Positions 19,119 through 29,069 of a stretch of DNA of 64,000 bases are shown here, piece after piece (within the stretch, counting starts at the first letter, position 1; each line of letters starts with the position of its first letter). Under the pieces are notes generated by a model. That model worked only from the letters and a program-made list of their open reading frames with translations, did not search any database and had not been told where the DNA came from. This DNA comes from an uncultured bacterium (GTDB lineage: Bacteria > Planctomycetota > UBA1135 > GCA-002686595): positions 731,345-795,344 of the forward strand of contig CALSNU010000004.1 of NCBI GenBank assembly GCA_943787795.1, given 5' to 3'. Position numbers and translations under genes: made by a program.

Positions 19119-19997
19119 GTGACCATCATGGGCACCCCTATCCCCACCCCCACACACGTCACCGCGGTGCTCTTCAGGGAGGCTCCCGCGCTGGAGCGCC
19201 TCTTCGAGGTCTTCCGCCGGCTCCCTGACAGCAGCGACGTGGTCCTGGAGACCACACACGTCCGGCTCGACACCCCCGCCGGTGTGGTGCACGCCTCCAC
19301 CTTCGGCGCCCCCTGGCCGGACATGGACCCCGAGTCCCTCGCTGAACTTGGCGGCGTCGGAGCTGGCCTCCACCCCGGATCGCTTCAGCGCGCCGCGGAC
19401 CAGAGCGTCGTCTGGCCAGGCGGCGCGTTGGCAGCGGACGCACACCAGGGCTTCGTCCACCTGATCATGGCCGAGGGCACGGGGACTCCGCAGGCACAGG
19501 TGGAGGCGCTGGAACGCCTCGCCCTCGCCATGCTGGCGGACCCCGCCAGCCTGTGCCTCTTCTTCCCGTGGGGCGAGTCCCTGCGCGACGGCCACGTCAT
19601 GGGCAACATCCGCGCGGCCGCCGTGGAACAAGGCGCCGTCCCCCTGCAGAACTGGGTCAACGGTCGGCTCGCGCAGAGCGGCGAGGGCGCGGTGATCGCG
19701 GACCTCATCGGCCTCGGGCTCGTCGGCCTCCCGGACACCGAGGCGGTCTTCCCCGATCGCCCTGACCTGCCCCCCTACGAGGTGCTCGGGTTCCTGCTCG
19801 ACATCGCGCACCACCTCGCGCTCGAGGGCGGCGCCCTCGAGGAGGGTGTCGTCTACGAGGGCCCCGGCGGTCTTCGATGGCGAGCCGGCCTGGACGTCGA
19901 GTCACAGATCGAGCCCGCCCGCAAGCTGGTGCGCTGGATCCCGCTCGCTCCTGGAGAAGGGGCGGCTTCGACCGACAGCTCGGAGACCAGCCAATGA
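19119..19997 (+). CDS. Hypothetical protein, DUF4261-like C-terminus
   Basis: 'ADLIGLGLVGLPDTE' resembles the DUF4261 motif; ATGA overlap with next gene. Confidence 0.55.
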   Translation: MTIMGTPIPTPTHVTAVLFREAPALERLFEVFRRLPDSSDVVLETTHVRLDTPAGVVHASTFGAPWPDMDPESLAELGGVGAGLHPGSLQRAADQSVVWPGGALAADAHQGFVHLIMAEGTGTPQAQVEALERLALAMLADPASLCLFFPWGESLRDGHVMGNIRAAAVEQGAVPLQNWVNGRLAQSGEGAVIADLIGLGLVGLPDTEAVFPDRPDLPPYEVLGFLLDIAHHLALEGGALEEGVVYEGPGGLRWRAGLDVESQIEPARKLVRWIPLAPGEGAASTDSSETSQ

Positions 19998-20728
19998 GCT
20001 CCCCCGACAAGAACATCGAGCACTTCGGTGCGACGCTCGCCGCCCTCGACCAAGAGGTCAACTGGGACCTCGTCGCCACGGTCTACTGCGACGGTGACTC
20101 CGAGGGCTTCTTCGACGACGAGCGCCGGAACGCCGTCCTCGACGCCGGGCTCAAGGTGGCCTCAGATCTCGGCGAGGCGCTCGAGCCCGGAGGGCGCTCG
20201 CTCTACGTCGGCGCCGCGGTGGCCGAGCTCGCGCCGATGCTCTTCGAGGCCATCGTCCTCGGCCGGCGCGTGGTCTGGAAGGCGCTGCCCTCGGTCGAGA
20301 TGGAGGAGCTGACCCGGGCCCTGCGCGCGGTCTCAGTGGAAGGGCGCTCCGCGCTCCCGATCCCCAAGACCGAGCCGTGGCTCGGCCGCGAGCTCGGCCG
20401 CTGCGACCACGTCTGGATGACCAGCGTCCTCACCGACCCGGACGCCTTCCCCGCCCTGCATGACGCGCTCTATCAGCGCCAGGGCACCCCGGAGGCGGTG
20501 GGCGGTGGACACCCCAAGGAGGAGCGCCGACGAGCGCGAGAGCTCGTGGACGAGGCCCTGGTCGCGTCGGGAGAGGGCGCGGTCATCAGCACCTCCGACG
20601 AGGAGGTCCAGGTTTGGGAGGCCGCGGCAGAGGACTTCGGTCTCACCCTCGAGGTCGCCCCCACCGGGCGGATGTCCGGGGTGGTCGGTGACGTCATCCG
20701 TAGGGGCAGGCTCCGCCGCCGGGCCTAG
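19994..20728 (+). CDS. Hypothetical protein (possibly degenerate Rossmann/methyltransferase-like)
   Basis: ATG 19994 overlaps previous TGA; typical codon usage; SLYVGAAVAE. Confidence 0.6.
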   Translation: MSSPDKNIEHFGATLAALDQEVNWDLVATVYCDGDSEGFFDDERRNAVLDAGLKVASDLGEALEPGGRSLYVGAAVAELAPMLFEAIVLGRRVVWKALPSVEMEELTRALRAVSVEGRSALPIPKTEPWLGRELGRCDHVWMTSVLTDPDAFPALHDALYQRQGTPEAVGGGHPKEERRRARELVDEALVASGEGAVISTSDEEVQVWEAAAEDFGLTLEVAPTGRMSGVVGDVIRRGRLRRRA

Positions 20729-20820
20729 CGCATCAATTCGAACCAGATGCAGCCACGCTGCGCCCAGGCCGCCCTTTCCCTCCTGTGACCCGCGCGCTCG
20801 GGACGAGACATAGGGAAGGA

Positions 20821-23025
20821 ATGGCCAACGGCAACAACGCGAATGACCCTGGCTCCGCTGACGGGTCCGAGGCTGGGAACGAGCCGGGAGCTCCCGAGCG
20901 AGGGGCCGCCCAGTACGAGACCGCGCCCGAGCACTTCATCAACCGCGAGCTGAGCCTGCTGGAGTTCAATCGGCGGGTGCTCGCCCAGGCGCTGGACGAG
21001 TCAGTCCCGCTGCTCGAGCGGCTCCGCTTCCTGACCATCTCCAGCACGAACCTCGATGAGTTCTTCGAGGTCCGCAAGGCCTCCCACCAGGAGCGCCTCA
21101 CCCTTCGCTCCAGCAGCATCGGGTTCGACGGTCGCTCGACCCACCAGCTCCTCGAGGACATCGCCACCGAGGCGGCCGAGCTCGTGCGAGAGCACTACGA
21201 GGTCCTCAACAACATCCTGCTCCCGCTGCTCGCGGCCGAGGGCATCAAGGTGCTCAAGCGCCAGCTGTGGACGCCGGCGCAGGCGTCCTGGATCAGCGGC
21301 TTCTTCGGGCGGGAGGTCGAGCCGATCCTCACACCGGTGGGCCTCGACCCCTCTCATCCGTTCCCCAAGATCCTCAACAAGAGCCTCAACTTCATCGTCA
21401 TCGTCGAGGGTGAGGACGCCTTCGCTCGCGACACGGGCCTCGGCGTGGTGCAGGTCCCCCGGGCGCTCCCGCGGCTGATCTCTCTCCCCCCGTCCGTGCG
21501 CGGCAATGAGCTCGCCTTCGTTCTCCTGTCCTCGATCATCCACGCCCACGTGGAGACGCTCTTTCCCGGGATGCGGGTCGTGGGCTGCCACCAGTTTCGC
21601 GTCACGCGCAACAGCGAGCTGTGGGTCGACGACGAGGAGGTGGAGAACATCCTCGAGGCCATCGAGGGCGAGCTCCCCGAGCGCAAGTACGCCGAGGCCG
21701 TTCGCCTAGAGGTCGCGACCGACTGCCCGGAGAAGGTCGTGCGCCTCCTCCGGCAGCGCTTCGAGCTGGACGACGCCGACGTGTACCGGGTCAACGGCCC
21801 CGTCAACGTCGGCCGGCTGGGCGTGCTCCACGACATGGTGGACCGTCCAGACCTGAAGTACCCGCTGCTGACGCCGCGGGTCCCGCGGGCGCTCGCCAGA
21901 GCCGAGGACCCGTTCGCCGCGATCCGGGAGCGGGACATCCTCCTGCACCACCCCTACGAGTCCTTCGCCCCGGTGATCGACCTCGTTCGCCGCGCAGCCT
22001 CCGACCCCGACGTGCTCGCGATCAAGCAGACCCTCTATCGCACGGAGCGCAACTCCGCCATCGTCGCGGCCCTCGTGGAGGCGGCCCGAAACGGGAAGCA
22101 AGTGGTCGCCGTCGTGGAGCTTCGAGCGCGCTTCGATGAGGCAGAGAACATCGACCTCGCCAACCAGCTCCAGGAGATCGGCGCCCAGGTGGTGTACGGC
22201 ATCGTGGGCTACAAGACCCACTCGAAGATGACGCTCATCGTCCGTCGCGAACCGGACGGGCTTGTGCGCTATGTCCACATGGGCACCGGCAACTACCACG
22301 CGCGGACCGCGCGGACGTACACCGACCTCGGCTTCCTGACCGCGGACCCGCGCATCGCCGAGGACGTCCACCAGGTCTTCCACCGGCTCACGGGGCTCGG
22401 TGCGACGCGGCCGCTCCAGCTCCTCCTCGACGCGCCCTTTACCCTCCGCCAGGAGATGCGGCGGCGCATCGAGCAAGAGGCCGAGCACGCGCGCGCAGGC
22501 CGCCCCGCGCGGATCATCGCCAAGATGAACGCGCTCACCGAGGTCAACACGATCCGAGCGCTCTATGACGCGAGCGCCGCCGGCGTCAAGATCGACCTCA
22601 TCGTCCGCGGAGCCTGCTGCGTCCGACCGGGGCTCCCGGGAGTCTCCGAGAACATCCGGGTCCGCTCGGTCCTCGGCCGGTTCCTCGAGCACTCGAGGCT
22701 CTTCTACTTCGAGGACGGCGGCCGCCGCGCAGTGTTTGCGTCCAGCGCGGACTGGATGTCTCGCAACCTGTACCGGCGCGTGGAGACCTGCTTCCCCATC
22801 CTCGACCCCGAGCTCAAGAAGCGGGTCATCGAGGAGGACCTGCTGATCTACCTCGGCGACCACGTGGCGGCGTGGGAGCTCCAAGCCGACGGGAGCCACG
22901 TGCGCACCGGGGGCGACCTCGATCCCCAGCAGGAGATCCTGCGGAAGATGGGGCTCCTGGGCGAGATGAACGACGGCGATGGGGACCTCCCCACAGGGGG
23001 CGATCACGGCCTCCGATCGATCTAA
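20821..23025 (+). CDS. ppk1: Polyphosphate kinase 1
   Basis: INRELSLLEFNRRVL, NLDEFFEVR, HHPYESF, ELRARFDE, KTHSK, GTGNY, RFLEHSR, SADWMSRNL. Confidence 0.97.
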   Translation: MANGNNANDPGSADGSEAGNEPGAPERGAAQYETAPEHFINRELSLLEFNRRVLAQALDESVPLLERLRFLTISSTNLDEFFEVRKASHQERLTLRSSSIGFDGRSTHQLLEDIATEAAELVREHYEVLNNILLPLLAAEGIKVLKRQLWTPAQASWISGFFGREVEPILTPVGLDPSHPFPKILNKSLNFIVIVEGEDAFARDTGLGVVQVPRALPRLISLPPSVRGNELAFVLLSSIIHAHVETLFPGMRVVGCHQFRVTRNSELWVDDEEVENILEAIEGELPERKYAEAVRLEVATDCPEKVVRLLRQRFELDDADVYRVNGPVNVGRLGVLHDMVDRPDLKYPLLTPRVPRALARAEDPFAAIRERDILLHHPYESFAPVIDLVRRAASDPDVLAIKQTLYRTERNSAIVAALVEAARNGKQVVAVVELRARFDEAENIDLANQLQEIGAQVVYGIVGYKTHSKMTLIVRREPDGLVRYVHMGTGNYHARTARTYTDLGFLTADPRIAEDVHQVFHRLTGLGATRPLQLLLDAPFTLRQEMRRRIEQEAEHARAGRPARIIAKMNALTEVNTIRALYDASAAGVKIDLIVRGACCVRPGLPGVSENIRVRSVLGRFLEHSRLFYFEDGGRRAVFASSADWMSRNLYRRVETCFPILDPELKKRVIEEDLLIYLGDHVAAWELQADGSHVRTGGDLDPQQEILRKMGLLGEMNDGDGDLPTGGDHGLRSI

Positions 23026-23166
23026 GGCCCCCCCAGCCGCTAAGATCTCGCCCCTGCCGCTCGCCCGGCGCATCAACGTTCAGCGTACTCGTGATCCAGC
23101 GGCCCTCTCCCTGGGGCGCCTCCCCCCAGCCGCCACGTACGACGCGGCGCCAGCCTCCTGATCCAC

Positions 23167-23901
23167 ATGTCCAACGACATCCAGAAGCTCGACCTCGAAT
23201 ACAGCGCTGCGGGCGCCACCTGCAAGAGCTACCTCGCGCTCCCTGCCGACACCACCGCTCCCGTCCCCGGCATCATCGTGCTTCACGAGTGGTGGGGCTG
23301 CGATGACTACGTCCGCGGCCGCGCGGATCAACTCGCAGGCCTCGGCTACGCGGCGCTCGCCGCCGACATGTACGGTGAGGGACAGCAAGCGGACGACCCC
23401 GAGGCGGCGGGCGCGCTGATGACCGGGCTCATGGGAGACCCCGCCCAGCTCTCCGCGCGGTTCGAGGCGGCCCGAAGCGCGCTCGCCTTGAGGGCTGAGG
23501 TGGACGGCAGCCGGATCGCGGCTGCGGGCTACTGCATGGGCGGTGGGATCGCACTGGAGATGGCCCGAGCCGGCGCCGAACTCGCCGCCGTGGCGAGCTT
23601 CCACGGTGCTCTCGAGACCCAGACCCCCGCGACCGAGGGGGCGATTCAAGCCAAGCTGCTCGTGTGCACCGGCGCCGCCGATCCCTTCGTCCCGACCGAG
23701 CACGTGGACAGCCTGCGCTCCGAGATGGCCGCCGCCGGCGCGAGCTGCGAGATCGTCGCCTACCCCGACGTGATCCACGCGTTCACCAACCCCGGTGCGA
23801 CCGCGCGCGGCGAGCGCTTCGGCCTGCCGCTTCGATATGACGAGGGCGCGGATCAGGACAGCTGGACGCGCATGGCCGCCCTGCTCAAGGACGTCTTCTG
23901 A
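23167..23901 (+). CDS. Dienelactone hydrolase family protein
   Basis: HEWWG, GYCMGG nucleophile, GAADP, HAFTNP. Confidence 0.93.
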   Translation: MSNDIQKLDLEYSAAGATCKSYLALPADTTAPVPGIIVLHEWWGCDDYVRGRADQLAGLGYAALAADMYGEGQQADDPEAAGALMTGLMGDPAQLSARFEAARSALALRAEVDGSRIAAAGYCMGGGIALEMARAGAELAAVASFHGALETQTPATEGAIQAKLLVCTGAADPFVPTEHVDSLRSEMAAAGASCEIVAYPDVIHAFTNPGATARGERFGLPLRYDEGADQDSWTRMAALLKDVF

Positions 23902-23937
23902 GCGGCGCGGGAGGCGGCCAAGCCCCGTCCGGCCCGG

Positions 23938-24888
23938 TCACTCTCCCCAGAGTTCTGCGACCGGATAGGGCCCGCCAGCGCGCTCCCAGAAGGCCCCGGT
24001 GACAAAGCGAAAGTGCCGATCAAGGCCCGCCAGGCGCTCCAGCTGGGCACCTGTCAGCGTCACCTGCGCCGCGGCGAGGTTTTCGGCCAGCCGCCCCGGG
24101 TCTACGGACTTCGGGATGACCGCCGTCCCTCGCTGGATCGCCCAGGCGATCAGGACCTGGGCGGGCGATGCCCCCTGCTCCGCCGCGATCGCGGCGACCG
24201 CCTCGTCCTCCAGCAGCAGCGGCTCGTCCTCGCTCTTCATGGCCTCTGGCCGGTCCATGGATCCCAGCGGCGAGTAGGCCGTCGGCAGGACGCCGAGCGC
24301 TTGACTACCCTCCACGAGCGCCCGCTGCTGCAGGTAGGGGTGGAGCTCCACCTGGATCACCTCCGGCGGCGAGGCAAGTTGCGCGTGAGACCGGAGGCGC
24401 TCGAGGCTGTAGTTGGACACGCCGATGTGCCGCGTGAGCCCGAGCTCGAGCGCTGCGGTCATCCCTGCCCAGGTCTCCTCGAGGGGGACCTCATCAAGGC
24501 TCAGGAAGTCCTCAGGACCGCTCGGCCCCACCACGTCGAAGCGGACGGCGACCGGCCAGTGCACGAGGTAGAGGTCGAGGTACTCGACCCCGAGCGCCTC
24601 GATCGAGGCCCGAGCGCCGAGCTCGACCTCCTCCTCCCGGTGCCGATTGCACCAGAGCTTCGAGGTGACCCAGAGCTCCTCTCTCGAGACGACGCCCTCA
24701 TCAAACGCCCGCCGCAACGCCGCGCCGATCTCCTCCTCGTTGCCGTAGATCGCGGCGCAGTCGAGGTGCCGATAGCCGAGGGCGAGGGCGGCGTAGACCG
24801 CCTCCCCCACATCGCCCCGGGCTGACTTCCAGGTCCCCAGCCCGAGCAGGGGCATCCGGTCTCCGTTACTGAACTCGTGGAATCTCAC
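23938..24888 (-). CDS. Aldo/keto reductase
   Basis: GLGTW, YRHLDCAAIYGNE, TSKLW, DLYLVHWP, IGVSN, VIPKS; GTG 24888 overlaps ppx stop. Confidence 0.95.
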   Translation of the reverse strand: MRFHEFSNGDRMPLLGLGTWKSARGDVGEAVYAALALGYRHLDCAAIYGNEEEIGAALRRAFDEGVVSREELWVTSKLWCNRHREEEVELGARASIEALGVEYLDLYLVHWPVAVRFDVVGPSGPEDFLSLDEVPLEETWAGMTAALELGLTRHIGVSNYSLERLRSHAQLASPPEVIQVELHPYLQQRALVEGSQALGVLPTAYSPLGSMDRPEAMKSEDEPLLLEDEAVAAIAAEQGASPAQVLIAWAIQRGTAVIPKSVDPGRLAENLAAAQVTLTGAQLERLAGLDRHFRFVTGAFWERAGGPYPVAELWGE

Positions 24889-26393
24889 CGGTCCTCGTTG
24901 ACCACCAGGATCAGATCCAGAGACGCGAGGTGCCTCGCCTCCCGCTCCAGGTCCGCCCGCGTGAGCGGGTTCTCCTCCAGCCACCCTGCGCTGAACTGAA
25001 GGGAGAGGCGGCCCTCGGAGGCGATGAGGTTCGGGGTCGGGATGGGCCGATCCGAGCGGTCTCGCCGCATGCGGAGGGCGATCCGGAGCAGCGGGAGGAG
25101 CCTTCGAATCGTCCGTTCTCGCGCCGGGGCGTGGTCCGTCAATGGTCCGAGCCGCGGGCGCCGCCGCTGCCCGAGGACGAGCGCCGCGATCTCCTGCCGA
25201 TCGCGCGTGGAGAACCCGGCCAGGTCTGCGTGCTCCACCAGGTACGCGCCGTGCCTGTGATAAGCGGAGTGGGCCACGGCGAGGCCGACGTCGTGGAGTT
25301 GGGCCGCCCAGCCGAGCAGGAGCCGATCCGCCTCCGTCAGCTCGAGGACGCCGGAGACCTGATCGAAGAGGCTCTCGGCCAACGCGCGGCAGCGTGCCCC
25401 GTGCGCGGGGTCCTGCCCGAGCCGCTCGCCAAAGCTCGCGGCGCTGACCTCGCGGACGTCCTCGTGGTGGATCCGGCCGACCAGGTCATGCAGGACTCCC
25501 TCTCGCAGCGCGCCGCTCGAGGGGCGCATGACCTCCACCGAGAAGGCGTCAAAGACGGCCCTCAGCACGGCGACACCCCCGGCGATCACCTCGCGTCGAT
25601 CCGGACGGAGCCCCTCGAGGTCAAGCGCGCTGGTCTCGCGAGCCGTCTCGAGGAGGTCCTGCAAGCGGTCGAGCCCCTCACGGGTGACCTCGCCGCCCGT
25701 CCACCCGTTGCCCTCGAGGATCGAGCCGACGGCGCGGATGGTCCCGCTGGAGCCGATCGCGTGGTCCCAGTTGGAGGGGCCATACCGCTCGGCGATAGGC
25801 TCGAGCTCGACCCTGGCCGCGAGGGCGGCCTTCTCGAAGCGCCCGCGCTTCATGAGGCCGTCAGGGAAGAAGCGCTGGCTCCACGTGACACACCCCATGG
25901 AGAGGCTGTTGACCTGTGAAGAGACGAACCGCTGCCCGAGGATGCACTCGGTGCTGGCCCCGCCGATGTCCACGACGAGCCGCCGGCCGTCGTCATCTCC
26001 GAGGGTGTGCGCCACCCCCAGGTAGACCAGGCGAGCCTCCTCGGTCCCAGGGACGACCTCGATGTCCACCCCGAGGGCCTTTGAGGCTTTGCGGAGGAAC
26101 GCCCCCCGATCCCGGAGCTTGCGGAACGTCGCCGTCCCCACGGCTCGGACCCGGCCGGGAGGGACACCCTGGAGCCGCTCGGACATGCGCTCGAGGGTGG
26201 CGAGCGCGCGGGCCTGAACCACGGCGTCGAGCTGACGGTCGTTCAACCCCTCCGCCAACGCGACGCGCTCGCGGAGCTTGTCCACGAGGAGCGGTCGGCC
26301 GTCCACCTCCCGCGCCACCACGAGGTGAAATGAGTTGGAGCCAAGATCAACCGCCGCCAGCGCCGACGGGTCGTGCTCGTCCCGCACCGTCAC
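24885..26393 (-). CDS. ppx: Exopolyphosphatase Ppx/GppA with HD domain
   Basis: AAVDLGSNSFH, GTATFR, EEARLVYLG, DIGGASTE, ALREG, LHDVG; GTG 26393. Confidence 0.95.
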   Translation of the reverse strand: MTVRDEHDPSALAAVDLGSNSFHLVVAREVDGRPLLVDKLRERVALAEGLNDRQLDAVVQARALATLERMSERLQGVPPGRVRAVGTATFRKLRDRGAFLRKASKALGVDIEVVPGTEEARLVYLGVAHTLGDDDGRRLVVDIGGASTECILGQRFVSSQVNSLSMGCVTWSQRFFPDGLMKRGRFEKAALAARVELEPIAERYGPSNWDHAIGSSGTIRAVGSILEGNGWTGGEVTREGLDRLQDLLETARETSALDLEGLRPDRREVIAGGVAVLRAVFDAFSVEVMRPSSGALREGVLHDLVGRIHHEDVREVSAASFGERLGQDPAHGARCRALAESLFDQVSGVLELTEADRLLLGWAAQLHDVGLAVAHSAYHRHGAYLVEHADLAGFSTRDRQEIAALVLGQRRRPRLGPLTDHAPARERTIRRLLPLLRIALRMRRDRSDRPIPTPNLIASEGRLSLQFSAGWLEENPLTRADLEREARHLASLDLILVVNEDR

Positions 26394-27457
26394 GCGATCA
26401 GGGAACGCAGGCGCGCGACGCGCTCCAGGGCGGCGCCCGACTCCAGGGCGCTGGTCGCAGCATCCACGCCCTCGGCGATGGTCATACACCGTCCGCAGGC
26501 CTTCAGCATGAGCGCGGCGCTGAGCAAGGTCGCCTTGCGCGCCGGCCCCGGCTCACCCGCGAGCACCGCCTGCACCAGGTCCGATGCGGACTGGCAGAGG
26601 ACAGGGTTGTCCGAGGAGCCCTGCCCATCCTCGGCCGGGCCAAAGAGCGGCAGCTCCGGCTCCGCGGCGTCCTCGAGGCCGAAGTCTGCGGGTTCCACGG
26701 TGACCGAGACCAGGTGGTTCCCGTCCAGCTCGATGCCCCGGGTCCGCTTGGTGACGAAGGGGACCACGCTGCCTTCAGGGCCCTGCAGGGCGACACCTCG
26801 TCGGTGCCCGAGGCCCTTGAGTACCTCGACCGCCGCGCCGAGCACCGGCCCGCGCTGAGCGCCAATCAACATGGCGGAGCCAGGCGGCGCGATGAGCTTC
26901 TCGAGGGTGGAGAGCGGCGTGCGGACGATCATGTCGCCGCGAACCTTGCGGAGCGAGAGGAGCGGCGGGCAGAGCCCCGCCACGGAGACGGTCGCAAAGC
27001 CCCCCTTGGTGATCCAATCCTCGGCCTCGGTGGAGTCCCAGGTCATGGAGAGCCCGAGGCCTTCGAGGACATTGGCCGCGGTCAAGCCGCGCCGGGGCGG
27101 GACACAGCGGTCCGATACGATGAGCACTCGCGCCCCGGCGGCCGCCGCGACGATCCCGGCCGCCACCTCGAGGGGCGGGATCGTGTCGTGTCCATCCTGA
27201 GGGGGAGCCACGGTCACCAGCCCGCTCATGCCCATGCAGGGGATCCGCGACTGGGCGCGAGCCGACATGGCCATGCCCATCAGCTCCTCCGTCGATACGC
27301 CCTTCCAGCGCAGGGTCACGAGGAACGAGGCGACCGTCGCGTCACTCTCGGACCCGCTCAGGATCGCCGTGAAGGCCTGGGCCGCCTCTTCTCGGGAGAG
27401 GTTGCGAGGGGGCTTCGGGCCTGTCCCGAAGGAACGCATGAGGCGGCGGAGGACCAT
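26390..27457 (-). CDS. Glycosyltransferase family 3 protein, TrpD-like/YbiB-like
   Basis: LSREEA..AF..IL, FLVTLRWKG..EEL N-domain, RTPLSTLEKL; lacks the TrpD GTGGD motif. Confidence 0.75.
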   Translation of the reverse strand: MVLRRLMRSFGTGPKPPRNLSREEAAQAFTAILSGSESDATVASFLVTLRWKGVSTEELMGMAMSARAQSRIPCMGMSGLVTVAPPQDGHDTIPPLEVAAGIVAAAAGARVLIVSDRCVPPRRGLTAANVLEGLGLSMTWDSTEAEDWITKGGFATVSVAGLCPPLLSLRKVRGDMIVRTPLSTLEKLIAPPGSAMLIGAQRGPVLGAAVEVLKGLGHRRGVALQGPEGSVVPFVTKRTRGIELDGNHLVSVTVEPADFGLEDAAEPELPLFGPAEDGQGSSDNPVLCQSASDLVQAVLAGEPGPARKATLLSAALMLKACGRCMTIAEGVDAATSALESGAALERVARLRSLIA

Positions 27458-27572
27458 GGCAGAAGTGTAACGGCTCTCCTGGCCCGTCTGCGCGTTGCCT
27501 CCACCCTAACAGCGCACGGCCGGCGTCCCGCGAAGTGCAGGACGCCGGCCGCGTCATGGGAACCGGAGTCGG

Positions 27573-29069
27573 TCAGGCTCCGGCGGTCTGCTCGGTGTTC
27601 TCTGACTCCTCAGACTCCTCGGGGTCCTCCGACTCTTCGGGATCCTCGGGATCCTCGGGGTCCTCGTTGGCTTCCGGCTCCTCGCCGCCGGATTCTTCGA
27701 TCACCGGCTCCTCACCAGCGTCCTCCGCGGGCTCTTCCTCCGGCGCATCCGCCGGCGCCTCTTCACCAGAGTCCATCCTCTCCGCCGGCGCCAGGGCGGT
27801 CTCCGGACGCGGTCGAATGTGTGCGAAGAACATCTCGGCCTGCTTGTCGTAGACGATCTCGCCGTCGACGATCGCCCACTGGACAAAGGTCTGATAGTGG
27901 AGCAGGTCGCCGTCCGTGACGATCAGGTCGGCGTCCTTGCCCACCTCGATCGAACCGATCCGGTAGTCCACACCGAGCACCCGGGCGGCCTCGATCGTGA
28001 TCGAGCGCAGTCCCGCGAGCTGGGGCAGTCCACCGCGGATCGCGAAGCCCGCCTCGATGGGAAGGTGGAGCAGGTCCTGTCCAACGATGCCACCCAGCGA
28101 GATACCACGTGAGGCCGGGACGACCACCACGTTGACGCCGTGGCTGTAGAGCGTCGCGGCGTTCTCGATGCTCGACCCGCCCTCGCGGAGCAGCGACTCG
28201 TCCTTCGGACGGCGCGTTCTGGGAGTCACGATCGCCGTGGCCCCGGCGCGTCCGAGCTCGTCCGCGACGGTCCAGCCCTCACGGCAGCCGTTGATGATCG
28301 GGCGGAAGCCGTAGCGCTGGGCGAGTTGCGCGATCTCCAGCAGGTCCGTGCGATCGTCTGCGTTGAAGCGCGGCCTCACCTCACCCCGCAGGATCCGCAG
28401 GGACTTCTGGTCGACGCCCTTCTTGGACGGCTCCTTGGCCTCCTTGTTGGACTTCTTCTCCTGCTCCCAGGCGCGGTAGGCGCGGATGTAGTCCGCCGCC
28501 CCCTTCAGGTCGCCCTCGACCTTCAGCTGCCCCTGGGGGTTGCCGTTGGAGTAGCTCATGGTCTCGAACGCCGAGCTGCTGACGACGAGGCCGTCCACGT
28601 GCCCGCGCTTCAGCTTCGCCACCGAGTTGCCGTCGACGGCGGTGGTGATGCCCGCCGCGAGCGCGAGGGTCATGTTCTGGTTGTAGGGGTCGACCGAGTC
28701 GTCGAGGTTCCCGCTGCTGCCGAAGAGCCCGAAGGAGCCGACGGCGATCAGGCCAGGGTAGACCCGCATCCCGGAGACGTCGACAACCTCGGCGTCCTCA
28801 GGGACATCGACGTCATAGCCGAAGGCGCCGATCTTGCCGTCGCGGACGAGGATGGTCGCATCACGGAGGACGCCACCGAGGCCGGTGTGGATCTCTCCGC
28901 CGACGAGGGCCAGGACCTCCTCCTTGTCCTCTTCAGCCTCAGCCTCCTCGGCGGGCTCATCGTCGATCGAGACGTTCGCCAGCGCGGTGGGCGCGAGAAA
29001 CAGGGAGGCCGCCATGAGGAGCCACGTGGGCCGCGAGGTGCGGCGCTGCTGGTTGGGTCGGAGGTGCAT
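27573..29069 (-). CDS. Secreted amidohydrolase-fold protein, metal ligands degenerate; acidic C-terminal tail (array gene 11)
   Basis: ATG 29069 (TGATG overlap); PGLIAVGSFG instead of HxH; GSIEVGKDADLIVTDGD. Confidence 0.85.
   Translation of the reverse strand: MHLRPNQQRRTSRPTWLLMAASLFLAPTALANVSIDDEPAEEAEAEEDKEEVLALVGGEIHTGLGGVLRDATILVRDGKIGAFGYDVDVPEDAEVVDVSGMRVYPGLIAVGSFGLFGSSGNLDDSVDPYNQNMTLALAAGITTAVDGNSVAKLKRGHVDGLVVSSSAFETMSYSNGNPQGQLKVEGDLKGAADYIRAYRAWEQEKKSNKEAKEPSKKGVDQKSLRILRGEVRPRFNADDRTDLLEIAQLAQRYGFRPIINGCREGWTVADELGRAGATAIVTPRTRRPKDESLLREGGSSIENAATLYSHGVNVVVVPASRGISLGGIVGQDLLHLPIEAGFAIRGGLPQLAGLRSITIEAARVLGVDYRIGSIEVGKDADLIVTDGDLLHYQTFVQWAIVDGEIVYDKQAEMFFAHIRPRPETALAPAERMDSGEEAPADAPEEEPAEDAGEEPVIEESGGEEPEANEDPEDPEDPEESEDPEESEESENTEQTAGA

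Noticed and set aside
26390..27457. Calling this gene trpD
   Set aside because: PRPP-binding GTGGD and KHGN motifs are absent and there are no trp neighbours
27590..27680. 9-bp repeats here and at ~7685-7745
   Set aside because: They encode ordinary low-complexity tails (EDPEDPEES; PVDPVD)
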